NCBI GenBank assembly: GCA_003135555.1
Contig: PLCF01000096.1
Coordinates: 1-16,604 of the forward strand
Reading direction: 5' to 3'
From: Vulcanimicrobiota bacterium
GTDB lineage: Bacteria > Vulcanimicrobiota > Vulcanimicrobiia > Vulcanimicrobiales > Vulcanimicrobiaceae
DNA length: 16,604 nucleotides
In this document: positions 1-7,091 of the stretch, piece by piece
How the letters are laid out: each line of letters begins with the position of its first letter
Position numbering within the stretch: the stretch's first letter is position 1
Translations under genes and position numbers: made by a program
Notes under the pieces: model-generated
What the model saw: only the letters and a program-made list of their open reading frames with translations
The model's database searches: none
What the model was told of the DNA's origin: nothing

Positions 1-1280
1 TCCATCCCCGCGTACCAACCGTAGAAGGCGAGGTCGTACCGTCCGCGCGTGAGGATCCCGCCTTGCGACGGCGGCGCGTCGAAGACGTTGCCGAGATACG
101 GGTGAATCTGCACCTCGATGCCGAGCGGTTTGAGCTCGCTCTGCAGGGCGACGGCCTCGGCGCGGTGGGTCTGCGACGCCTGGAGGATCGCCAATTCGAG
201 CACGAGCCGGCGCGCGGGGCCGTATCCGGCGGCGGTCAGCAGCCGGTTTGCCGCACGCACATCGTGGGGCAGCGGGCGCAGCGTGCGATCCGCCGCCCAC
301 AGAACCGGCGGCAGATCGGCGATCGTGGGCGCGTAGAAACCGTGGGTCACGTTGGTGCGGAACGATGCGGCGTCGATCGCCGCGGCGAGCGCGCGCCGCA
401 CGCGCACGTCGGCGGTTGCGCCGCGGCCGGTGTTCATCATCACGCCCCAGTACGCGTTGAGCGCCGAGGCGGCGATACGCACGTGCGGCATTCCGCGCGC
501 CGTCGCGGCGGCGTTGGCCGAGAGCCCGAGGATTCCGTCGAGGTCGCCGCTGCGCAGGCCGACGAGTTGCGTGTTCTCGTCGGGGATGAAGCGCACCACG
601 ATTCGTCCCAGCGCCGGCTTGCCGTTCCAGTAGCGATCGTTGGCAACCAGCTCGATCCGGTCACCGCGCGCCCAGCGCGCGAAACGGAACGGTCCGGTTC
701 CGACCGGCGCCGAGGCCACCGACGACTGCGCGAGGCTGCCGCTGCCCAGCAAGTGCGCCGGCGCCAGATAATAGGGCGCGTCGCTCTCCGCGAAGATCGT
801 CCCGACGAAGGGCGCGAAACGCCGCTTGAGCCGGAAGCGCACCGTGGCGTCGTCGGGCGTCTCAACCCGCTCGACGACATCGTAGCCGTGACGCGACTGC
901 ACGATGCTGTGCGGATCCATGACCGCACGAAACGACGCGGCGACATCGCGGCTGGTGAACGCAGACCCGTCGTGCCAGCGCACGCCGCGCCGCAAGCGGT
1001 AGGTGATCGTTCGCCCGTCGGCCGAGATGCCGCCGTTCGCACGCGTCGGAACGACGGCCGCAAGGGCCGGCACCGGGTGCCCGAAACGGTCGCACGCAAT
1101 GAGCGGATCGTAGATCAGCCGCAGGATCTCGTTGTCCGAGATCGACTGCGCGAGCATCGGGACCAGGCTGCGCGGCTCGTAGGAGATCGCCAGCTGTAGC
1201 GCACCGGTCCCCGGCGCGGACGGGCGGGCGCAAGCGGCGAGCGCGAGCAGCGCGATCGCCGCGAGCGCGCGCCCACGCAT
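1..1280 (-). CDS. ABC transporter substrate-binding lipoprotein, family 5 (OppA/DppA-like); 3' end runs off the window
   Basis: Not in the ORF track; translated by hand from ATG at 1280. MRGRALAAIALLALAAC is a signal peptide plus lipobox. Family-5 motifs: 'LRRGVRWHDGSAFTSRDVAASF' and 'PVGTGPFRFARWARGDRIELVANDRYWNGKP'. The frame at the window edge reads GILTRGRYDLAFYGWYAGM. Starts 2 nt after the S9 peptidase stop. Confidence 0.9.
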   Translation of the reverse strand, partial: MRGRALAAIALLALAACARPSAPGTGALQLAISYEPRSLVPMLAQSISDNEILRLIYDPLIACDRFGHPVPALAAVVPTRANGGISADGRTITYRLRRGVRWHDGSAFTSRDVAASFRAVMDPHSIVQSRHGYDVVERVETPDDATVRFRLKRRFAPFVGTIFAESDAPYYLAPAHLLGSGSLAQSSVASAPVGTGPFRFARWARGDRIELVANDRYWNGKPALGRIVVRFIPDENTQLVGLRSGDLDGILGLSANAAATARGMPHVRIAASALNAYWGVMMNTGRGATADVRVRRALAAAIDAASFRTNVTHGFYAPTIADLPPVLWAADRTLRPLPHDVRAANRLLTAAGYGPARRLVLELAILQASQTHRAEAVALQSELKPLGIEVQIHPYLGNVFDAPPSQGGILTRGRYDLAFYGWYAGM

Positions 1281-1282
1281 CG

Positions 1283-4246
1283 CTAGTCGGTCTCGCCGTA
1301 GAGCGGGCGCACGTTGCGCTCGCCGCGGTGTAGGAAGTCGACGCCGTTCATCCAGCCCGGGCGCGGCGCGCCCTTGAGCCAGTGGTCGAACCACTCGTCC
1401 AGATGCACGGTCCAGTACTTCTGCTGCTCGCGGCCGCGCAGGTTATGGTCTTCGCCGTCGAACGAGAACAGGTACGCCTCCTTGCCGAGCCGGCGCATCG
1501 CCGTGATGAACTCGATCCCCTGGAACTGCGGCACCGCGCCGTCGAGCTCGTTGTGGATCGTGAGGTACGGCGTGCGGATGTTCTTGATCCCGAACAACCC
1601 GGAGTTCTCGAGGTAGAGGTCGGGACGATCCCAAGGCGTCGCACCGATGCGCGACTGGCCATGCTCGTATTGGGATTCGCGCACGTTTCCGCTCTCCAAG
1701 CGGATCCCCGAGTACGCGCTCACCATGTCGTCGACGGCCGCACCGGCCTCGGCGGCGCGGAAGCGGTGCGACTTGGTGATGAGGTAGTTGATCTGATAGG
1801 CGGCCCAGGAATGGCCGGCGATCCCAACCCGCGCCGGATCGGCGTAGCCCGTGCGCACCGCGGCCTCGACGGCGGGGAGCAGGCAGTTGACCGCGCTCGC
1901 GCCCGGGTGGCCGACGCGATACCGCACGTCGGGCAGCAGCACGACGTAGCCGTTGGAGACGTAGCGAATGAAGTTCGGACTCGTCCCCGGCGCCGGCACG
2001 TGATACTGACGGAACGTGTCGCTGAACTTCTCGTAGAAGTACACGAGCATCGGCGCCCGGCGATTGGGTTTGACGCCGTCGGGGATCAACATGCGCGCGC
2101 GCAGCGGCGTGCCGTCCGCCGCCGCGTAGTCGATGAGGCGCTCGGTGCCCCAGCGATACTTCGCCTGCTGGGGGTTGGCATCGGTGACGCGGACGAGGCG
2201 CTTGAACGACGCGTCCGCCGTCCAGAGATTGCGATAGTTGCGCAGCGTCTCACGCGTGAAGAGGTATCGTTCGGCGTGCTTGGCGACGAGGGGGGTCGCT
2301 ACTTGGTCGTGCAGTCCGGCGAACGGGTTGCGCGGACCGCCGACCATCTCGGGGAGCTTGAGCAACGTCGACGGCACGCCGCCCGACGCCGCCACGCGGG
2401 CGAACCCGGTATCGAACGTCCTCCCGTCGATGAGCGACAGCAGGATCGGCTTGCCGGGCGCAAACGACGTCGCTTCGGGGTCGGTCTGCAACGAGCTGTA
2501 AACGGTATTCGTGCGGCGGCCGGCCCCACGCGTGAGGTTGGTGGCGCTGCCGGTCAGCGGGTCGGCGAGCCAGATGTCGTAGCGGTCGTAAAGCAAAACC
2601 CCGCGGTCGCCGTTCAGCCAACCGCCCCATCCGTACGGGTTGGGCGGGGCCGGATGATCGTCGTCCACGTCGTGGAAGGCGACGCCGGCATGGGGCGCGA
2701 GCTCGACTCGCTTGCGATCGGCGACGCGCACGGTGTACCAGTGACGCGTGTGCTGATCCCAACCGAGCACGAAACGTCCGTCGGGCGACAGTTCCGCGTT
2801 GGGCGCGCGCTTCGCGAGCAGCGTGCGCCGGCCGTTCGCCAGCGCGACGGCGTAGACGTCGACGTACTGCTCGCCCAGCCACGAGGCTTCCCGGCGATAG
2901 GCGCGGTCATCCTGGCCCAGCGCGACGTCGGCGTTGTCGTTGGTGGTGACGTCACGCAGCGCCGGCGAGCCCAGCTGCGCGAAACGCGACGCGGCGACGT
3001 CGTAGACGGCGAGATAGGTGCGTTTGCGCTCGCGGTCCGCATCGTGGCGCTGCTGCGACTGCAAGATGTCGTCGCGATAGGTCCACAGATCGACTTTGGA
3101 CGGTTCGGGCGTTCCCGACGGCATCGGGGTCGGGGCCGCCGCCGTTCCCATGAACAAGCGCCTCCCGTCACGCGAGAACGACAGCTTGCCGTTCGTGTTG
3201 GGCCCCGTCGCCGCCGGCAAGCCGGGGGTGCCGGCATCGACGGCTTTGACGGCCGCGGGTTTGGCGGCCCGGAGGTCGACGACGTAGGCCGCGTCGTGCG
3301 GCACGTCTTCCTTATAGGTCGCCGTGTCGCTCAGAAAAGCCAGCGACGAGCCGTCGCGCGCGATGGCGAGGTTGCGGTAGCGCCCTTCGCCGCCGAGCAC
3401 GTCGACGGTGACGCCGCGTGCGACGTCGTACACGTGGAGCCCGTCGCCTTTGCCGTTCTTGGTTTCCGTCGCGTACGCGACGTAGCGGTCGTCGTCGGAG
3501 ACCACGAAATCGGTCGCATCGTTCGCCGTGACGCGCTTGCCCCCGGTCAGGTCGCGGATCGTCAGCATCGAGCCGGTGTCTTTGGTCTTGTCCGCTTTCG
3601 GCGCCGGCGACGCCGACGGCGACGGAGCGGGCGACGGGCTTGCCGGTGCGGGGGACGCGTTGAGTTGCGGGCCAGGCTCGCCTTTGGGCGGCGTGCTCGG
3701 CTTCGCCGACGCGACCGGCGACGGGCTCGCCGGCGCCGGCGAACCGCTGGGCGCGGGCGACGGTTCGGCGCGGTAGGCGATCGTCGCGCCGCCGTTCTTC
3801 GCGACCGCGATGGTTTTGACGTTGTCGACGATCTCGGCCGGCTTGGCCGAGTCGAGATCGAGGATCCCGACGCCGTTCTTGGGCTGATCCTTCTCCGGCT
3901 TCTTGGCCTTCTTCGCGGCGTCGACGTCCTTCTTGAGCGCGACATGGGTGAAGACCACGAAGCGGCCGTCCGCGGCAAAGGCGGGCGCGTTCCCGCGCGA
4001 CTCGCGCCGCTCGGTGGCGAGGTCGAGATCGCGCACGACCAGCGTCGGGTCGCCGTCCTGCGGGGTGAGCGCATAGGCCAGGCGCCGCCCGTCGTCGGAG
4101 ACCTTGGGCGTTCGAATCGCGTTCCAGCCGTCGTAGGCTTTGTAGTCGAGCGGGACGGGCGCATCGGCGGCGACCGGCCGCGGAAACGCGGGCAGGAGCG
4201 CGCACGTCAGGGCGAGCGCGACGGAAGCACGGGCGCCGAACATCAC
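1283..4246 (-). CDS. Secreted S9-family (prolyl oligopeptidase/acylaminoacyl peptidase-like) serine peptidase
   Basis: 987-aa ORF with an N-terminal signal peptide, a beta-propeller-like region and a C-terminal alpha/beta hydrolase. Catalytic motifs: 'GIAGHSWAAYQ' (Ser), 'HNELDGAVP' (Asp), 'GEDHNL' (His). GAGGT RBS at 4260-4256; start is GTG 4246 or ATG 4243. Confidence 0.92.
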   Translation of the reverse strand: MMFGARASVALALTCALLPAFPRPVAADAPVPLDYKAYDGWNAIRTPKVSDDGRRLAYALTPQDGDPTLVVRDLDLATERRESRGNAPAFAADGRFVVFTHVALKKDVDAAKKAKKPEKDQPKNGVGILDLDSAKPAEIVDNVKTIAVAKNGGATIAYRAEPSPAPSGSPAPASPSPVASAKPSTPPKGEPGPQLNASPAPASPSPAPSPSASPAPKADKTKDTGSMLTIRDLTGGKRVTANDATDFVVSDDDRYVAYATETKNGKGDGLHVYDVARGVTVDVLGGEGRYRNLAIARDGSSLAFLSDTATYKEDVPHDAAYVVDLRAAKPAAVKAVDAGTPGLPAATGPNTNGKLSFSRDGRRLFMGTAAAPTPMPSGTPEPSKVDLWTYRDDILQSQQRHDADRERKRTYLAVYDVAASRFAQLGSPALRDVTTNDNADVALGQDDRAYRREASWLGEQYVDVYAVALANGRRTLLAKRAPNAELSPDGRFVLGWDQHTRHWYTVRVADRKRVELAPHAGVAFHDVDDDHPAPPNPYGWGGWLNGDRGVLLYDRYDIWLADPLTGSATNLTRGAGRRTNTVYSSLQTDPEATSFAPGKPILLSLIDGRTFDTGFARVAASGGVPSTLLKLPEMVGGPRNPFAGLHDQVATPLVAKHAERYLFTRETLRNYRNLWTADASFKRLVRVTDANPQQAKYRWGTERLIDYAAADGTPLRARMLIPDGVKPNRRAPMLVYFYEKFSDTFRQYHVPAPGTSPNFIRYVSNGYVVLLPDVRYRVGHPGASAVNCLLPAVEAAVRTGYADPARVGIAGHSWAAYQINYLITKSHRFRAAEAGAAVDDMVSAYSGIRLESGNVRESQYEHGQSRIGATPWDRPDLYLENSGLFGIKNIRTPYLTIHNELDGAVPQFQGIEFITAMRRLGKEAYLFSFDGEDHNLRGREQQKYWTVHLDEWFDHWLKGAPRPGWMNGVDFLHRGERNVRPLYGETD

Positions 4247-4268
4247 GGCGTCGGTACCTCCGCCGGGA

Positions 4269-5189
4269 CTACGACACCTGCGTCAGCCAGGGCCCCGGTG
4301 CGGCACGGCGGCCGCGGACAACGTCGGCATAGATCGTGCGGAGCCGTTGGGTGAGCGGTCCCTCCGCGCCCAGGTCGCGCTCGTCGATCCCCACGATCGG
4401 CACGACCTCGGCGGCCGTTCCGGTGAAAAAGGCCTCGTCACACGCGGCGATATCCTCGGTGCTGATGGGCCGCACGCGCGTGGTGATGCCGGCCTCCCGC
4501 GCCAGCGCGAGCACGCTGGCTCGCGTGATTCCCGGCAGCACGTCGGCATCGGCGTCGTTGGTGATGACGACACCGTCGCGCACGATGAAGACGTTCTCGC
4601 CGGAGCCTTCGGCGATGTCGCCGCGCTCGTTGCGCAGCAACGCCTCGTCGAAGCCGCGCGCGTGCGCGTCGGCCAGCGCACGGATCGAGTTGGTGTAGTG
4701 GCCCCCCGCCTTGACCGTCGACGGCAGGGCCCGCGACGGCGTCTTCATGAACGGCGACACCGTCGCCCGGAACGACGGCGTGCCGGACCCACCCGGCACC
4801 AGACCGTCGAACGGCAGCACGGCGATCACCACATGCACCGGACACTCGCGCCCGGGATCGAGCCGCACGGTTTCGCCGCCGTAGAACGCCAAGGGCCGCA
4901 GGTACGCGGCTTCGCGGCCGCTCGCGCGAACCGTCTCCACGCACGCCGCCGCCAGCGCGTCCGCGTCCCAGGCCAACTCCATCCCGTAGGCGGCCGCGCC
5001 GGCGACGAGCCGGTCGACGTGCTCGCGCAAGCGGAAGATCGCCGGACCCTGCGGGGTCGCATAGACGCGAACGCCCTCGAAGACCGACGAGCCGTAGTGC
5101 AGGGCGTGGGTGAGCGCGTGAACGTGGAGCTGATCGTCGTCGATCACCTTGCCGTCGAGCCATACCGTCGTGGCGGTCCGGGTCATCAC
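4269..5189 (-). CDS. ilvE: Branched-chain amino acid aminotransferase (PLP fold type IV)
   Basis: Motifs LHYGSSVFEG, FRLREHVDRL, YLRP, VKAGGHY (PLP Lys), EGSGENVF, LPGITR and EAFFTGTAAEV. GAGGAG RBS at 5203-5198, 8 nt before GTG 5189. Confidence 0.92.
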   Translation of the reverse strand: MMTRTATTVWLDGKVIDDDQLHVHALTHALHYGSSVFEGVRVYATPQGPAIFRLREHVDRLVAGAAAYGMELAWDADALAAACVETVRASGREAAYLRPLAFYGGETVRLDPGRECPVHVVIAVLPFDGLVPGGSGTPSFRATVSPFMKTPSRALPSTVKAGGHYTNSIRALADAHARGFDEALLRNERGDIAEGSGENVFIVRDGVVITNDADADVLPGITRASVLALAREAGITTRVRPISTEDIAACDEAFFTGTAAEVVPIVGIDERDLGAEGPLTQRLRTIYADVVRGRRAAPGPWLTQVS

Positions 5190-5210
5190 CGTGAATTCTC
5201 CTCGGAACGG

Positions 5211-5243
5211 CGAACGCCCCGGCCGCAGCGGCCGGGGCGTTCG
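5211..5243 (-). terminator. Strong GC hairpin in the ilvE leader (putative attenuator terminator)
   Basis: Perfect 16-nt inverted repeat cgaacgccccggccgc (5211-5226) / gcggccggggcgttcg (5228-5243), between the leader-peptide stop and the ilvE RBS. In the ilvE sense it is followed by CCGUUCC, a poor U-tract. Confidence 0.7.
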
Positions 5244-5289
5244 TTTGCGTGTGAGCTTGGTTTGGTTTACGCGAACGACGATCCGGCCG
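5229..5289 (-). promoter_or_regulatory. Putative antiterminator helix
   Basis: In the mRNA, CGGCCGGAUCGUCGUUCGCGU (5289-5269, end of the leader ORF) is near-complementary to ACGCAAACGAACGCCCCGGCCG (5250-5229). The latter contains almost the whole 5' arm of the 5211-5243 hairpin, so the two structures are mutually exclusive. Confidence 0.7.
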
Positions 5290-5347
5290 GCGAGCGAAGC
5301 TCGACGATAACAATGGAAACCGGAAGGACGTAAGAGCGCGACGCCAT
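5267..5347 (-). CDS. Ile/Leu/Val-rich leader peptide (ilvL-like), 26 aa: MASRSYVLPVSIVIVELRSPAGSSFA
   Basis: ATG at 5347, TAA at 5269-5267. Eight of the 11 codons at positions 7-17 are V/I/L, including T-ending CTT, GTT and ATT, which are atypical for this GC content. Lies directly upstream of ilvE and overlaps the antiterminator arm. Confidence 0.8.
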   Translation of the reverse strand: MASRSYVLPVSIVIVELRSPAGSSFA

Positions 5348-5355
5348 GTCCGCGA

Positions 5356-5385
5356 AGGCTACCATGGCGGCGGGCTCGCGGTCAA
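5356..5385 (-). promoter_or_regulatory. Sigma70-type promoter for the leader/ilvE transcript (near-leaderless)
   Basis: TTGACC (5385-5380), 18-nt spacer, TAGCCT (5361-5356) with an extended -10 TG. The leader ATG lies 8 nt downstream with no SD sequence. Confidence 0.6.
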
Positions 5386-5427
5386 GCGACCCGCCCGCTG
5401 TCGAGCGCCGGCAGCAGCCCGCTGAGG

Positions 5428-6984
5428 TTACTTCCCGACGGCGATGTTCAACGGACTCAAGGAACTGGGACTACCAGGGAAGAGTGTCAGCGATGGGACG
5501 CTCGTGCCCGTGATCGGCGCGGAGTAGACCGCCATGCCAAAGTAGTAACCGACATAGAGATTACCGGCTGCATCCAGCGCGATCCCTTGCGGATACGTTG
5601 CCAAGAGATCAAAAGCCGGCATGCTCGTCGCCGTGATGGGCAAGTTGTAGACGGCGACGTGGCCCGCATCTCTGGCTGTGGTTCCCGACAGTTGCTTCGC
5701 CAAGAACAGCTGCGTCGAGCTCACTGCGAGTTTGCCGCATCCCTGACCGTTTCGCGGCGTGACGATCGGCGCTCCGGTATACGGCGGCGCGAAGACGAGC
5801 AGATTGCAGTTGGGGTTTTGTTGGGGGCCCGGTGGCTGCGGGATTTCGTTCGAGACGTAGAGGTTCTGCGCAGCGTCCAAGGCTACTCCGACCGCCCCTA
5901 CGAGCGCCGGGTTCGTGACGAACGTCGATGGCGAGCTAGCACTACTGAATGGGTGCGTGAACTTGTTCACGCGGTCCAAACCGTTCGCGACCCACATGTC
6001 GCCCGCACTAGTGAACGTGATCTGTTGAACACTGGGTGCGGCAAACTGAGATCCTCCGCCGCTATTGTCGAACGTCGCCGCCGGCGTGCTCGAGCCGGAC
6101 AGCGGAGCGGCGTAGAACGCCAGGGTATTGGAGGGATCGGTGGCAGAAACACCACTCGCGCCTAAATCACCGTTCGCATCGAGCGCTACAGGCTCGGAGG
6201 CGTTTGCGATCACGAAGTTCGGCGTCGAACTCGCCGTCAGCGGCAGAGTGAATTGTTGAATGCCCCCTACCTGCACGTAAAGATGCTGCGGGGCCGGGGT
6301 CGGCGTCGGCGTCGGCGTGGGGGTCGGAGTCGGCGTGGGGACCGCAAGTGTCGACGTCGTCGCGAACGCCACGAACACATACGTCCGTCCGGCGACGAGC
6401 GTGAACGGGAATGCCGAGGGCGGCCAGGAGATCGTCGTTCCCGACAGGGTCCCGGGCCCGGCGATCGTGTTCCATCCGGCCGCCGCGTTGGCCGGATCGT
6501 ACATCGCGACATACGAGTTCGCGGGGTTCGGCAGCGTCGCTCCGGAGCGGAACGTCATCGAGAAGGACGGCGCGTTCGGACCGGTCAGGTTGACGTTCGG
6601 CGTCACCGAAAAGAATCCCAACGGCGCGAGCCCCGCGCCGCCGATGTTCTGCGGGCGCCGCTGCATCGCGTTGACGGCCGGGGTCCCACCGGGAGGCGTC
6701 AACGAGAACAGGACGGTCAGATGCGACACGACGCCGGTCGGCAGGCAGCTCGTCGTCCCCATGTCGCCGGGACCGATCGGTCCAAGCGTGAGCGACGATG
6801 CGGTGGTGGTGCTCGTGGTGAGCGTGCCGCTCGCCGTGGCCGGGTTCGGGGCAGGCGAGGGTGTCGGACTCGGCGTCACCCGCGTCCCCGTGAAGAACGG
6901 CGGCGGCATCGTCGATCCGCTATTGCACCCGGTGATCGCCGCTGTGCCGGCGATCGTCACGGCGACGAGAATCCGTCGCAGCAT
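5428..6984 (-). CDS. Lipoprotein with an extra N-terminal beta-rich domain, Pro/Thr linker and C-terminal NHL-like beta-propeller
   Basis: MLRRILVAVTIAGTAAITGC is a signal peptide plus lipobox. GAGGGG RBS at 6997-6992 favours ATG 6984 or 6987 over the ORF-track start at 6999. Repeats 'GVALDAAQNLYVSN' and 'GIALDAAGNLYVG'; C-terminus IAVGK. Confidence 0.8.
   Translation of the reverse strand: MLRRILVAVTIAGTAAITGCNSGSTMPPPFFTGTRVTPSPTPSPAPNPATASGTLTTSTTTASSLTLGPIGPGDMGTTSCLPTGVVSHLTVLFSLTPPGGTPAVNAMQRRPQNIGGAGLAPLGFFSVTPNVNLTGPNAPSFSMTFRSGATLPNPANSYVAMYDPANAAAGWNTIAGPGTLSGTTISWPPSAFPFTLVAGRTYVFVAFATTSTLAVPTPTPTPTPTPTPTPAPQHLYVQVGGIQQFTLPLTASSTPNFVIANASEPVALDANGDLGASGVSATDPSNTLAFYAAPLSGSSTPAATFDNSGGGSQFAAPSVQQITFTSAGDMWVANGLDRVNKFTHPFSSASSPSTFVTNPALVGAVGVALDAAQNLYVSNEIPQPPGPQQNPNCNLLVFAPPYTGAPIVTPRNGQGCGKLAVSSTQLFLAKQLSGTTARDAGHVAVYNLPITATSMPAFDLLATYPQGIALDAAGNLYVGYYFGMAVYSAPITGTSVPSLTLFPGSPSSLSPLNIAVGK
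6289..6339 (-). repeat. (Pro-Thr)7-PAP coding linker
   Basis: Degenerate 6-nt tandem repeat encoding PTPTPTPTPTPTPTPAP between the two domains. Confidence 0.9.
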
Positions 6985-7058
6985 CATTGAGCCCCTCACC
7001 CTCTGAGCTCGATGACGTTCGCTCGTTCGGCAACCCTTTCCCGCGCTCGCTCCTAGCC

Positions 7059-7081
7059 CGGCGGTTCGAACGACACCGCCG
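7059..7081 (-). terminator. Short GC hairpin 10 nt downstream of the 7092 stop
   Basis: cggcggt (7059-7065) pairs with accgccg (7075-7081); 9-nt loop; no U-tract. Confidence 0.3.
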
Positions 7082-7091
7082 CGACGGCGCG

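Noticed and set aside
1382..4354. 990-aa plus-strand ORF (also 63..1199, 4347..5333, 9952..11220, 12547..13605, 14481..15833)
   Set aside because: Antisense or alternate-frame shadows of well-supported genes. They are Arg/Gly/Ala-rich with no motifs, as expected at this GC content.
5348..5365. Upstream in-frame ATG (5365) extending the leader peptide to 32 aa
   Set aside because: It lies within the predicted extended -10 region, so it would be upstream of the transcription start.
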